A stretch of DNA of 64,000 bases. Origin: Dehalococcoidia bacterium (GTDB lineage Bacteria > Chloroflexota > Dehalococcoidia > UBA2979). Where the stretch lies: NCBI GenBank assembly GCA_965262725.1, contig OZ253555.1:1600001-1664000 (forward strand). Direction: 5' to 3'. Positions 11,211-21,173 of the stretch are shown here, piece after piece. Below the pieces are notes generated by a model. That model did not search any database. It saw nothing but the letters and a program-made list of their open reading frames with translations, and was not told the origin of the DNA. A program made the position numbers and the translations under genes. The number at the start of each line of letters is the position of its first letter. Position 1 is the first letter of the stretch.

Positions 11211-12347
11211 TCAGCGGCTGCCGTTCCTTGATCCGGGAACCGCCAGCCGCAAGAACTGCATCCCGGTGAGTTTCAGCGCCTGCTTGCGGTACGCTCGTGA
11301 GCACCACTCGCGGCTGACGCCCAGCTCGCCGGCGATCTCGGTTACCCGCTTCCCTTCGACGTAGCGCGTGAGGAACAGGTGCAACGGCGCCTGAAGCGGT
11401 ATGTCGCGGGCATGGGCGGCAGCGCGCTGCGCCGCATCCACGAGCAGCCCGCGCAGCGCCTGTGCCTCCGGCATCGGCGCCAGCGGGTTTGTCCGCTCTC
11501 GAACAGCCTCGAGCCCGGTGAGCGGTGAGTCCTGTAGCCAATCGAGATCGTGGAGATGCCCGTACGCCTCCAGCACGTGTTGCAGGAGAGCAGCATCGGG
11601 CCGAGAGCTGCGGGACATGGCACGAATCGCCCTGGTGGTGCTCGTGCCGATCATCTGCACGCCAGACCCGGCTGGTGCCGAGAGAAGGGAGCTGACGGGA
11701 ACAACGGTGATTCGTTGAGTCAACTCCGACCGCGCGAGACGCTGCGCCTCCTCCTTCAGGTCGGCGGCGGCTTCCGCCGTGTCCGCGCAGAGGAACACGT
11801 CGTCGAAAGCACCAACGTCCTGCAGGTGCGGGTGGAGCCCGCCAGCGTCGCCCGCCTCGATGACCTCGAAGGCGACGGACCGGGCTCCCTCCACGTCGCC
11901 GCCGCCCGGGACTAGGACCGCGACATCCGGTGAACGGTCGGGAGAGTCGAGCCCGCGACCAATCTCGACCGCCGCGTCGGGCCACGTGCGGCGCGCGTAC
12001 TCGGCGAGCCTGTGCGCGTAGTAGCGCCGTCGGTAGGCAAGAGGGCCCTGAGGCTCGTCTATGCGGACGTCAGCTGCCTCCAGGTGCCTTCGGCCGACGG
12101 GCGTGAGTTCGAGCAGCACGGACTGCCCCGATCGACGGCCCGTCGAGACGCGATGCGGACGCACGCAGCCCAGTTCGATGAGGCGTCGCCGGACCTGCAC
12201 CCCGTTGTACCGGCTCAGGCCGAGGCGCTGATCGCGCTCCAGTGCTGCCGAGAAGGGACGCGTGGCAACGTCCTCGAGATACCCGAACAGCCGCTCGCCT
12301 CTCAGAGCCTCGTCCGGCGGGTGTGGAGCGGGCAACCTGCCGCTCAT
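11211..12347 (-). CDS. wHTH plus restriction-endonuclease-like domain plus C-terminal sigma70-r4-like HTH
   Basis: LELTPVGRRHL, SPDVAV...VAFEV, EGKRVTEIAGELGVSREWCSR. ATGA overlap with the upstream gene. Confidence 0.65.
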   Translation of the reverse strand: MSGRLPAPHPPDEALRGERLFGYLEDVATRPFSAALERDQRLGLSRYNGVQVRRRLIELGCVRPHRVSTGRRSGQSVLLELTPVGRRHLEAADVRIDEPQGPLAYRRRYYAHRLAEYARRTWPDAAVEIGRGLDSPDRSPDVAVLVPGGGDVEGARSVAFEVIEAGDAGGLHPHLQDVGAFDDVFLCADTAEAAADLKEEAQRLARSELTQRITVVPVSSLLSAPAGSGVQMIGTSTTRAIRAMSRSSRPDAALLQHVLEAYGHLHDLDWLQDSPLTGLEAVRERTNPLAPMPEAQALRGLLVDAAQRAAAHARDIPLQAPLHLFLTRYVEGKRVTEIAGELGVSREWCSRAYRKQALKLTGMQFLRLAVPGSRNGSR

Positions 12348-14185
12348 CGGTCGCCCGCCGCCCCGACCCCGTCCGATGGCAGGAGCGCACGGCGACGCCG
12401 GTCCTCGTGCTGGTTCCGCCAGACCGGCCCCGCCAATCCCGCAGGATCCCGCTCGCCGCGCCACTCACATGTCATCACCATTGCCAGGTCCGGCGAGATC
12501 GACCTCGCCAGGCGCGCCACGCGATCCTCGGCGCGGTGGTCGGTGCAAACGAACACCAGCCCGGGCTTCCCGGGAAACTCCCCCCGCCACGCCGCGGCCG
12601 CGTAGTACCGCCGGTACCCCTCGAACTTCGCGCGGTAGTCGCCCGAGTCGAGCGTTCCGCGGTCGTACTCAACGAGGAAACACCGCGCCTCCGCACCGCG
12701 CACGAGCACGCCGGACGCATCCGGACGGATCCAGGCGATCCGCCCGTCCTCCGCCACGAAGCGATACGTCGACTCCGCCTCGTTTCGCCATTCCGCGAGG
12801 TGCCAGCCCGCGGCCCTGGCATCGAGGGCCAGGCGAGCGGCGAAGCGGTTCACGCCGAGCGTGTGCTCGCGGTGCCGGACCACCCGCGCGCGGTCTGGCT
12901 GCTGCGCGGAGACGAACGTGACTCCCCCGTGCCGCGCGTAGATGGCCGGAGGGACGCCGGCCCGAGCGGCGATCGACCGCATCCCCAGTTCCGTCAGCAG
13001 GTAGCGGGGCTCGTCGACGTCGTTCGTCTGGCCCGTTCCGGTTCCCTCCGGCGATTCAGCGTCGGCATCGATCACGCCGCAGCTCGTGATCCGCTCCAGG
13101 CGGCGCCCGATCAGCCCCGCCGGTTCGCGCGTCAGCGCCGCGAGCTCCGCGGCGCCCATGAGCGGATGCCGCGCCACCCATTCGATGAGGGTCTTCTCGG
13201 CCGGGCTTGTCGCAAGCGCGAGGTCGGCAAGACGTTGCCGGTCCGGCCCCACCTGCCCGCTCGTCGCCTGATCGAACGCGCGCCTGCTCAGCGACGCGCC
13301 GGTGCGGCGGGGCGGCGGCGTGCAGTCGTCGAGCGCCCGTTCGATCCGGACCGCGTCCAGGGTCGGCGCCTCCCCCCATCCGACCTGCTCGACGAGCGGC
13401 GCCGGCGCGCGGCCGGGCCGCCACCACCGCGCATCGCCCGCGCCGGCTGCGTGCAGCTCCTCGCGGGTGGTGAGGAGCAGGTCGAGACACCCGGAGCCTG
13501 CCCCGTCCCGCTTCGCCAGCGCCTCCTCCCACACCCGCCGCTCCCGGGGCGACGGGCAGATCACGAGCACGGGCGGGAGTCCTTCGGTACCCCACCGCCT
13601 GTCGACACGGGCGCTCGCCGCGAACCACCCGGCCAGCCTCCTGCGGCGATGGACGTCCGGCGCCGCCGCGCGGTCCCACGCCACGAGGAAGGGCGCGTGG
13701 ATCGGACCCGAGCGGAGGCAGCCGTAGCCCTCGGTGCCCGGAAGCCACCAGCGCTCGGCCCGGGGCAGGGCGAGCGGGAGCGACCGCGCGTCGGCAAGTT
13801 GAGCGATGCCGGAGCTCTCGAGATCGTCGGCGAGGTCGGCGGCGAAGCGATTCACGCAGGCGGTGATCTCAAGGCGGGCCACCCGCGTCGAGAGGTCGCG
13901 CGGGCGGACCGGGGCGGCGCCGGCGAGCGAGGCGAGATCCCGTCCGCACGCGGCTGCGAGGGCCGGTACCGCCTCGTCCCGCAGGACGGCGAGTCGCCGC
14001 GGTTGCAGCTCGGGCGAAGCCGCCGCGACGGTCTCGACCCACCCGCGCTCAGAGAGCAGGTGGATGAGCCGGCGGGCGTCGTACTCGTCCACGCCGAGCA
14101 GCCCGGCCAGCTCCGGCTCACCGCAGAGCGGGAGCCGTGCGATCCACGCCAGGGACCGCGCGAGACGCGCCGTCTCGTCACGCAT
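12344..14185 (-). CDS. Replication-relaxation (Replic_Relax) family protein with two tandem domains
   Basis: The C-terminal domain has HTLGVNRF, RPDASG and FLVEYDRGT. The N-terminal copy is degenerate (ITACVNRF, FLVAWDRAA). Confidence 0.8.
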   Translation of the reverse strand: MRDETARLARSLAWIARLPLCGEPELAGLLGVDEYDARRLIHLLSERGWVETVAAASPELQPRRLAVLRDEAVPALAAACGRDLASLAGAAPVRPRDLSTRVARLEITACVNRFAADLADDLESSGIAQLADARSLPLALPRAERWWLPGTEGYGCLRSGPIHAPFLVAWDRAAAPDVHRRRRLAGWFAASARVDRRWGTEGLPPVLVICPSPRERRVWEEALAKRDGAGSGCLDLLLTTREELHAAGAGDARWWRPGRAPAPLVEQVGWGEAPTLDAVRIERALDDCTPPPRRTGASLSRRAFDQATSGQVGPDRQRLADLALATSPAEKTLIEWVARHPLMGAAELAALTREPAGLIGRRLERITSCGVIDADAESPEGTGTGQTNDVDEPRYLLTELGMRSIAARAGVPPAIYARHGGVTFVSAQQPDRARVVRHREHTLGVNRFAARLALDARAAGWHLAEWRNEAESTYRFVAEDGRIAWIRPDASGVLVRGAEARCFLVEYDRGTLDSGDYRAKFEGYRRYYAAAAWRGEFPGKPGLVFVCTDHRAEDRVARLARSISPDLAMVMTCEWRGERDPAGLAGPVWRNQHEDRRRRALLPSDGVGAAGDR

Positions 14186-16733
14186 GGCGCCCTTGATGAT
14201 GGTGGCCGCGGTGGTCGTTGCCGCGGAGTGGTTGCCGGGGGGTCCGCGGGCTCTCGCGCTGATCCGCCGTGCTGGTCGGAGTCGTGTCGGCGGCACCCGC
14301 TCCCGCGGCACTCCCCGGCCCTGCCTCGGCCACCTCCTCCCGGGACTTCCGCTCGCGTCGATCTGACGAACGCGACGGCGAGCGTTCCCAGAGCGCCCGC
14401 GTGATCTCCTCGACCACCTGCTCCCGCGGACGGCCGACGCGGGCGGCGGAGCGCGCCGCGATCGCCCGGGCCCGTCCCGGGACGGTCGCCGGCGGCGGGT
14501 CGACCCGGAACGAGAACGCGGGCGGGCGGGCGCGGCCGTCCCACCAGCGCGCGTAGCAGGTGAAGTCGTCGAGCGAGACCAGGTCGGGGACCTCGATCCC
14601 CCCTCCCAGCTCCGGGGTGAGCCGGCGGGCATCCTCGGCGCTGACCCCGAAGACGGTGAGGCCGTCGGAGTTCGCGAAGATCGTCGGGGCGAGGTTGCGG
14701 TCGATGGCGTCGAGCTTGGCGAGCGACTGCGTCACCAGCACGAAGCTCGCGCCGTACTTGCCGAGCTCGGAGAGCATGCGCGTGTAGTCGACGGCGCCGA
14801 GCGTGCTCGACTCGTCGATGAGCCCGATCACCTTCCGCCGGCGCTCAGGCGGCAGCGCCACCTGCTCCTCGATCAGGAGACCGAGCAGGTTGAGCAGCGT
14901 CGCCCCCACGAGCGAGGCGGCGCCCTCGCCGAGCGCGCCCGTCGCGGTGTTGACGACGAGCACGCCGCCGTCACGCACGATCGCGCGCGGATCGAAGGTG
15001 GAGCGCGCCTGCCCGAAGACCAGGCGCGATGCCTCCGTGACCGTGAAGCGGCCGATCTTCGAGGTGACGGGGTTCGCGGTCTGCTGCTGCAGCACGCGCC
15101 CCGCGCGGTCGTAGTTGTCGCGCCACCAGGCGCGCACCGCCGGATCCTGCACCTCTGCGAGCACGCGCTCGCGCAGCTCCCGGTCGGTGAGCATCGGCGC
15201 GACGTCGAGCAGCGTGAACTGCGCCTCCCGCTCGTAGTGGCGGTTCGCGTCGAGCAGCGCGAGCAGCGATGCCCGCAGCGCGCCCTCCATGCGCGGCCCC
15301 CAGTTCGCCGGCCAGAGGCGGTTCATCATCGTGACGATGTGCTCGGTCGTGCGGTCGCGGTCGGGGAAGAGCGCGACGTCGAGCAGGTTGAGGCCGACCG
15401 GCCGCTCCAGGTTCGCGAAGTCGAGGTAGGTCGTGCGGTCCGCGAGCTCCTGCGGAACGGCGTCCAGCACCGCCTCGGCCAGGTCCTGGTGCGGGTCGAC
15501 CACCACCAGCGCCGTCCCGTCCGGGCCCCCGGCCGCCCCCTCCATCACCCGGGCTGCGAGGTGCCTGAGCAGCGTCGACTTGCCGCGCCGCGTCTTCGCG
15601 ACGATGAGCTGGTTGCGGTGCAGGAGCGGCGCGGGCAGGTGGACGGGAGCGGCGGCGCCGTCCGCATCGGAGGCGCCGACGCGCGCGCCGCGCGCCGCGT
15701 GGCCGGGCGCCGGCGGAAGCCGCTGCGCCGTCGTGCGGCGGATCCCGGACGGGGCGCCCTCGTGGTCGGGCAGGTGCCAGAGCCCGGCGAGCTCGGCGGT
15801 GTTCAGCAGCAGCGGCAGCTTCCGGTCCGGCCTGCGGCGCGGCGCGTGCGGAGCCGCGGGGCGCAGTCCCCCGCCCGCCGAGTCGTAGGCGCCGTAGGCC
15901 GCCGCGGTCTCACGAGCGAGCAGGCGCAGGCGCTCGGGGCCCGAGTCATGCCAGCCGATCGCGTGGACCTCGAGGCTCGCGCTCACCAGCGGCGAGCCGA
16001 GCTTCTGCTCCACCACGCCCGGCGGGAGCGGCTCGGGGGAGCGCAGCATGCGCATGACGAGCGCTCCCGCGAGCGGCAGGCCGACGAAGACGCAGGCACC
16101 GCCCGCGACCAGCAGCGGCCACTCCCCATCGAGGTACCACTCCCGTCCCTTCAGGCCGGCCGCGGCGATCACGAGCGCCCCGACGAGCGGGATCGGGCTC
16201 GGCCCCGCGTCACCGGCGGGTTCGCGCCGCGGCGCGCCGGCGGGCGCCGCCCGGCGGTGGAGGCGGCCGGCTGCCCCGGCCGGAGCCGGGCCGAGTGTCA
16301 GCCGGCAGACGACCCGCTCGTCTTCCCGCGGCGCCGCCCGCGCCAGCACCCCGGTCAGCGGTGAGGTCTCGCTCCGCCAGTCGCTGCGGAGCGAGAGGAT
16401 GTTCCCGGCGGAGGGCCTCAGCCCGACCACGACGGCCTGCTCCGCCCCGAGCACGCGGGCCGGGTCGAGATCGGCACGCTCCGGCGGGATCGGTTCGGCC
16501 CGCGCCTGCGGGTAGGCCGCGCGCAGCTGCGCGAGCGCGCGGTCGAGGCCCGCTTCGGTGGCGGAGCGCACGTACCAGCGCGGGCCTCCGGCGGCGCCCG
16601 TCGCGATCTCGAGCGAGATCGACTCGCCGGCCAGAGCGCCCAGCATCCCCCGCGCCGAGGCGACGCTCGCCTCCAGATCGCGGGGCGCGACGACCTCTGC
16701 CAGGTACGAGAGTTCAGTGCGTGATCGCGACAT
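14178..16733 (-). CDS. Type IV coupling protein (VirD4/TraD-like)
   Basis: Two TM segments, Walker A AKTRRGKST, VVDPHQDL, Walker B LIDES, TQSLAKL. Confidence 0.88.
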   Translation of the reverse strand: MSRSRTELSYLAEVVAPRDLEASVASARGMLGALAGESISLEIATGAAGGPRWYVRSATEAGLDRALAQLRAAYPQARAEPIPPERADLDPARVLGAEQAVVVGLRPSAGNILSLRSDWRSETSPLTGVLARAAPREDERVVCRLTLGPAPAGAAGRLHRRAAPAGAPRREPAGDAGPSPIPLVGALVIAAAGLKGREWYLDGEWPLLVAGGACVFVGLPLAGALVMRMLRSPEPLPPGVVEQKLGSPLVSASLEVHAIGWHDSGPERLRLLARETAAAYGAYDSAGGGLRPAAPHAPRRRPDRKLPLLLNTAELAGLWHLPDHEGAPSGIRRTTAQRLPPAPGHAARGARVGASDADGAAAPVHLPAPLLHRNQLIVAKTRRGKSTLLRHLAARVMEGAAGGPDGTALVVVDPHQDLAEAVLDAVPQELADRTTYLDFANLERPVGLNLLDVALFPDRDRTTEHIVTMMNRLWPANWGPRMEGALRASLLALLDANRHYEREAQFTLLDVAPMLTDRELRERVLAEVQDPAVRAWWRDNYDRAGRVLQQQTANPVTSKIGRFTVTEASRLVFGQARSTFDPRAIVRDGGVLVVNTATGALGEGAASLVGATLLNLLGLLIEEQVALPPERRRKVIGLIDESSTLGAVDYTRMLSELGKYGASFVLVTQSLAKLDAIDRNLAPTIFANSDGLTVFGVSAEDARRLTPELGGGIEVPDLVSLDDFTCYARWWDGRARPPAFSFRVDPPPATVPGRARAIAARSAARVGRPREQVVEEITRALWERSPSRSSDRRERKSREEVAEAGPGSAAGAGAADTTPTSTADQRESPRTPRQPLRGNDHRGHHHQGRHA

Positions 16734-17802
16734 CCGTGTCCCTCCTCTCCGCGCCCAGCAGCCGGAAGAAGGCGTCGCGGCCGCCCGGCCGCGCGCCCAG
16801 CTCGCTCACGTCCTTGACGCCCGCGGGCAACTCGAGGACCTCTGCGCGCCCTCCGAGCTCGGCGGAGAGCCGCTGCGCGGCGTCGCGACCGGCCTCGTCT
16901 GAGTCCATCACGAGCACGACCGAGCGCGCGCGTTCGAGCAGCCGCAGCACGCCCCGCCCGGGCTGCGTCCCGAGCAGCGCGCACGCCGGCAGCCCCCAGC
17001 CCGTGAGCGTCAGCCAGTCGAACGGCCCCTCGGTGAGGAAGAGGCGCCGCCTGCCGCGCTCGTAGCCGAGCAGCGGCTTCGGGAGCGAGAGACCCCGGTA
17101 CTTCGGCCCTCCGCCGCCCTCCGGCGCGCGGCCGACCATCCAGCCGCAGTGCGCCCCGCGCAGCTCCGGGATCACGATGCGGCCGGCCATCGCCTCGTCG
17201 CCAGAAGCGAAGAGGAGGCCGAGCTCCCCGGCGCGCTTCAGGCTGAGCCGGCGCCGCTTCAGGTAGGGCACGAGCCTCTTGCCGTCGCTGGTGCCGAGCC
17301 GGCAGCGCTTCGCGACCCAGGGCTGAACCCCCCGTCCCTCGAGGTAGCGGAGCGCCGCGGGCGTCTCGAGCAGCGTCTCGTGGTAGAGCTCGCAGGCCGC
17401 CGTGAGGATCAGCCGGTCGTCGAGCGACAGCACCGGGGCCTGGTCGGTCTCTTGCGACGGGCGGGCCCGCGGCGGGGGCGGGGGGGCGGCGGCGGCGGTC
17501 CCGATCGGACTGCCATCGGAACCGCCGCCCGCGGCTCCGCCTCCGAGCCGCAGAACGGCCTCGCGGAAGCCCAGACCTTCGGTGCGGCGGATGAAGTCGA
17601 TCACGTCGCCTGCGGCGCCGCAGCCGAAGCAGTGGAAGGACTCCGTCTCGGGATAGACGCAGAAGCTCGGGGTGCGGTCCTCGTGGAACGGGCAGCGTCC
17701 CGTCAGTCGCCTCCCCTGCCCGCGCAGCTCGACCCCGTGGCGCCGTACGACCTCGGCGATCGGGTTGCGGCGCTTCAGCTGATCGATGTCGATGTGACTC
17801 AT
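16714..17802 (-). CDS. DnaG-like DNA primase (CHC2 zinc finger plus Toprim)
   Basis: CPFHEDRTPSF...FHCFGC; TEGPFD; MDSDEAG. Confidence 0.92.
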   Translation of the reverse strand: MSHIDIDQLKRRNPIAEVVRRHGVELRGQGRRLTGRCPFHEDRTPSFCVYPETESFHCFGCGAAGDVIDFIRRTEGLGFREAVLRLGGGAAGGGSDGSPIGTAAAAPPPPPRARPSQETDQAPVLSLDDRLILTAACELYHETLLETPAALRYLEGRGVQPWVAKRCRLGTSDGKRLVPYLKRRRLSLKRAGELGLLFASGDEAMAGRIVIPELRGAHCGWMVGRAPEGGGGPKYRGLSLPKPLLGYERGRRRLFLTEGPFDWLTLTGWGLPACALLGTQPGRGVLRLLERARSVVLVMDSDEAGRDAAQRLSAELGGRAEVLELPAGVKDVSELGARPGGRDAFFRLLGAERRDTDVAITH

Positions 17803-19724
17803 GGCTGCACCTCCGTCCTGTCAGCAGCGCGTTCCGCGGGGTTGGTGGTGGCGAGGGCGTGCTCGAGCGGGCTCGCCTCGACGCGCAGCGCGATGTGGTT
17901 GCCGCGGGCCAGGAAGAGGCCCTCGCCCCGGCGGCAGGCGAGCAGGAACTCCCGCTCCGCGGCAGAGAGCCCGAAGGTCTCGGCGACGAGCCCGGCGGTG
18001 GAGCTGTCCTGCCGCATGAGGAGCTGCACCGAGCTGTTGGCGAGCACGGTGTGGCCCTCCGGCGAGGCCAGGAAGTCCCCCACGTCCTGCGTGACCGTGG
18101 TGAGGCCGAGCCAGCGCTTGCGCGCCCGGCGCGCGAGCTGCGCGAGGAAGCGCGCCCCCTCGGGGTAGCGCATCAGGGACCACGCCTCGTCGATCAGGAG
18201 CACGCGCGGTCTCGGGTCGCGCTTCACCCGCCCCCAGATGTGATCGGCTATGAGGTAGGTGGCGAGCGGGCGCAGTTCCTCCTCCAGTCCCTCCACGTTG
18301 AAGACCACGAAGGGACGGTCGAGCTCAGCCGTCGTGCGCTCCGAGAAGACGCGGCCGAGGCTGCCCGAGACGTAGCGCTCGAGGCGGCCCGCGAGCCCGT
18401 GCTCATCGCCGGCGCCCTGCAGCACCTCGACCAGGTCGCGCAGCACCGGCGCGGGGCGGTCGTGCGTCGCCGGGTCGGCGGTGATACCGGCACGCCGGTA
18501 GCTCTCGTAGAGCGCCCGGTCGAGCACGCCCTGCTCGTGCTGGCCGAGCGATTGGCCGGGCCCTGCCAGCATCAACGCGAGCAGTCCCTGCAGCGCCAGC
18601 ACGCGCTCCGCGAGCGGATCGCGCGCGTCGGGATCCGCCCGGTCCGGCTCCGGCCCGCCCGGCGGCAGATCGAAGGGGTTGATGCGGACGGGCGAGCCGC
18701 CGGAGAGGCGGACCATCTGCCCGCCGACCGCCTCGCAGATCCGGCCGTACTCGTCCTCGGGGTCGATGACGTAGTACTCGACCCCGAGCAGCAGCGCGCG
18801 CAGCGCCTCCACCTTGCAGGCGTACGACTTGCCGGCCCCGCTCTTCGCGAAGACGACCTTGTTCGCGTTCTCCTGGTCGGGTCCGAAGGGGTCGAAGATC
18901 ACCAGCGAGCTGTTGTGGACGCTCTCGCCGTAGAGCAGCCCGCGGCCGGCGGAGAGAGCGCTCGAGGTGAAGGGGATCATCGTCGCCACGCTCGAGGTGT
19001 CGAGGTTGCGGCGGCGCCCCAGGTGGTCCTGCCCGGCCGGGAGGCATGAGAGCAGGCCCGGCATCATCTCGTAGAGCGCCGGCCGGGCCGTGGCCATCAT
19101 CCCGCCGAGCGTCCCCTCGACGCGCGCCGCGGCCTGGTCGAGTTCTCGGACCGAGCGGCCGTGCATCCTGAGGTAGAGGCTCCCCGAGAAGACCCGCTCG
19201 TCGCCGCGCTCCAGCGCGTCGCGCAGCCGCTCGGCATCCTCGTACGCGACCTCGCGCTCGGCGGAGGCGATGCGCCCGCCCCTGGCGTCGAGCAGGCGCG
19301 ATGACTGGAGCTCCACCAGGCGGTGGGTCAGGCCGCGCACCGCGTCCCCCGAGTCCAGCGGCTCGAGGTGCAGGCTGAGGTCGAGCGGCTCGCCCTGGTC
19401 GATGAGACGCCCGAGCCAGTTCGGGGCGACGTGGCGCGGGTAATCGGTGAGCGCCAGCACCCGCGTGAGCTGCCCGTCGATTGCGAGGTGGCCCCTCGCC
19501 TCCTCTATCGCCGTGGGCGCGATCAGGTCGGCCGTGGAGCGCTCGCCCGCTGCGAAGCGGTGCGCGCCCGCCGAGCTGCCGGCGCCGCGATCCCGGCTGC
19601 GCAGCAGCGCCACCGGGCTACGCACGGGAGGCCGCCTGCCGGCGCCCGGAGAAGGCGGCGGGCGATGTGACGACGGGCGCCGCGACCAGAGCCTCGTGGC
19701 CCGCGGTGCCACCGGCGACGCCAC
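17799..19724 (-). CDS. VirB4-like conjugation ATPase
   Basis: AKSGAGKS, VIDPEDEY, LIDEAW, RRARKR, TQD. Start is uncertain. Confidence 0.9.
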   Translation of the reverse strand: MASPVAPRATRLWSRRPSSHRPPPSPGAGRRPPVRSPVALLRSRDRGAGSSAGAHRFAAGERSTADLIAPTAIEEARGHLAIDGQLTRVLALTDYPRHVAPNWLGRLIDQGEPLDLSLHLEPLDSGDAVRGLTHRLVELQSSRLLDARGGRIASAEREVAYEDAERLRDALERGDERVFSGSLYLRMHGRSVRELDQAAARVEGTLGGMMATARPALYEMMPGLLSCLPAGQDHLGRRRNLDTSSVATMIPFTSSALSAGRGLLYGESVHNSSLVIFDPFGPDQENANKVVFAKSGAGKSYACKVEALRALLLGVEYYVIDPEDEYGRICEAVGGQMVRLSGGSPVRINPFDLPPGGPEPDRADPDARDPLAERVLALQGLLALMLAGPGQSLGQHEQGVLDRALYESYRRAGITADPATHDRPAPVLRDLVEVLQGAGDEHGLAGRLERYVSGSLGRVFSERTTAELDRPFVVFNVEGLEEELRPLATYLIADHIWGRVKRDPRPRVLLIDEAWSLMRYPEGARFLAQLARRARKRWLGLTTVTQDVGDFLASPEGHTVLANSSVQLLMRQDSSTAGLVAETFGLSAAEREFLLACRRGEGLFLARGNHIALRVEASPLEHALATTNPAERAADRTEVQP

Positions 19725-20322
19725 CGAGCGTGGCCCGCCAGAGCGCCGCCAGTTCCTCGCCGCCCAGCCGCCGCGTGTTCACCCCGAATGAGCCGAGGCC
19801 CTGCGCCACCTCGCCGCAGCGGAAGGAGAGCGTGCGCCGCGCCCGGGCGAGGTCGCTCTGCCCCTGCGCTTGCAGGCCGCGGCGCCACGGCCAGCCCGGC
19901 GCGGCCCGCCCGGGTGCTGCGTCCACGTCCGCCGGGACGACCACGTAGAAGCGGCGGTCGAGCAGCGTCCGCTCGCGGGCGATGCGCCGCACGAACGCCT
20001 CGTGGTCGAGCGCGAGCCGCCGCAGCGTCTCCGTGCCCCGGCGGGCTCCCCCGAGACCGGCGAGGTAGCCCTCGACGTCGGCCGGGACCAGGCGCACCAG
20101 CACCTGCAGCGGGTAGGTGAGCCCGTTCAGGAAGCGCCGGTACCCGGCGAGGATCGCCTCCTGCTCCGGCTCCGACTTGAGCGCGAAGTTGACGCTCGAG
20201 GCCTCGAGCACCGAGCGGTAGTCGCCGCCGCGCAGGCACACGATGTCGCCTGCGATCTCCTCCAGCGGCAGGATCTCCTGCACGCTCGCGAGGCGCCGCC
20301 TCCTGCTACCGCGTGACCACAT
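19618..20322 (-). CDS. Conjugation protein (TraC/VirB4 N-terminal-like)
   Basis: SVNFALKSEPEQEAI...FLNGLTYPLQVLV...RRFYVVV; strong RBS; lies in the tra operon. Confidence 0.75.
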   Translation of the reverse strand: MWSRGSRRRRLASVQEILPLEEIAGDIVCLRGGDYRSVLEASSVNFALKSEPEQEAILAGYRRFLNGLTYPLQVLVRLVPADVEGYLAGLGGARRGTETLRRLALDHEAFVRRIARERTLLDRRFYVVVPADVDAAPGRAAPGWPWRRGLQAQGQSDLARARRTLSFRCGEVAQGLGSFGVNTRRLGGEELAALWRATLGGVAGGTAGHEALVAAPVVTSPAAFSGRRQAASRA

Positions 20323-20364
20323 GTGCCACTCCCTTCCTCGCCACCACCCGGGCTCCGCGTTCCA

Positions 20365-20550
20365 TCAGCGGTAGCGCCTCATGCGTGCTCGCCACGTGCG
20401 TCTCCTGATCCGGTGCGATTGCCTGCGTGCTTCCCGTCGGGCCCGCTGATGGGCCCGCTGATGGGCCCGCTGCTCGGCCCGCTGCTCGGCCGGGTGAGCG
20501 CTCTTCCCGAACGGCCGCCACCGCCGTCTCCGGTCAGGACGCGGTTGCAT
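20365..20550 (-). CDS. Small Arg-rich hypothetical protein with a 12-bp tandem repeat
   Basis: AGGAAGGGAG RBS before the ATG at 20550; fills the gap in the operon. Confidence 0.4.
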   Translation of the reverse strand: MQPRPDRRRRWRPFGKSAHPAEQRAEQRAHQRAHQRARREARRQSHRIRRRTWRARMRRYR

Positions 20551-20929
20551 GCACGTCTCCCTTCCTCGTCACCGGGTGGACGGGCGGCGCCGCGAGCGGG
20601 CGCAGCACCACCTCGCGAGCCGCGCGCGGAGGCACGGAGCGCTCGCGCGGCCTCCAGACGGCGACGCGGGGCACGGCCCAGTAGCGCAGCAGCACGAACA
20701 CCCACTCCTCGAGCGGGCGCCCCGCGGGCCGCCAGAAGACGAGCGGCAGCACCGCGGCCAGCACGAGCGCGGCCGCGCAGAGGCGGACAAGGAGTGGCAG
20801 CGGCAGATCGCCCGCGGCGCCGTAGGCCAGCGAGAGGCCGGCGGCGGCGGAGAGCAGCTGGCGCATCGTCAGGCCCAGGACCGCCCTGTCGGCGACGCCG
20901 AGGTGGGTCGGGATCTCGTGGCGCCCCAT
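20534..20929 (-). CDS. PrgI family protein (VirB3-like)
   Basis: HEIPTHLGVADRAVLGLTMRQL, two TM segments, GRPLEEW. Confidence 0.85.
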   Translation of the reverse strand: MGRHEIPTHLGVADRAVLGLTMRQLLSAAAGLSLAYGAAGDLPLPLLVRLCAAALVLAAVLPLVFWRPAGRPLEEWVFVLLRYWAVPRVAVWRPRERSVPPRAAREVVLRPLAAPPVHPVTRKGDVHATAS

Positions 20930-21159
20930 CACGCCATCGCCCCCTGCACGATGCCGGCGATCGCGCGCGCGAGCAGCACGATCGCGAACCCCGCGAGCGC
21001 GTTGAGGATCGCCGTCTTGCCCGCCTCCATCTGGCGCGGCGATCCGGTCGCCGACATGTAGAGGAAGGCCCCCCACATCACGAAGAACGCCGAGACCGCC
21101 GCCGCCACACCGATGCCGATGTCGAGCAGGTTCCCGAACAGCACGTTGATCTCTTCCAT
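20929..21159 (-). CDS. VirB2/TrbC-like pilin
   Basis: Two TM segments with GAFLYMSATGSPRQMEAGKTAILNALAG. Confidence 0.82.
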   Translation of the reverse strand: MEEINVLFGNLLDIGIGVAAAVSAFFVMWGAFLYMSATGSPRQMEAGKTAILNALAGFAIVLLARAIAGIVQGAMA

Positions 21160-21173
21160 CACTGGCTCCCTTC

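Noticed and set aside
20438-20492. 12-bp tandem repeat as a CRISPR or iteron array
   Set aside because: It has no spacers and is an in-frame coding-type microrepeat.
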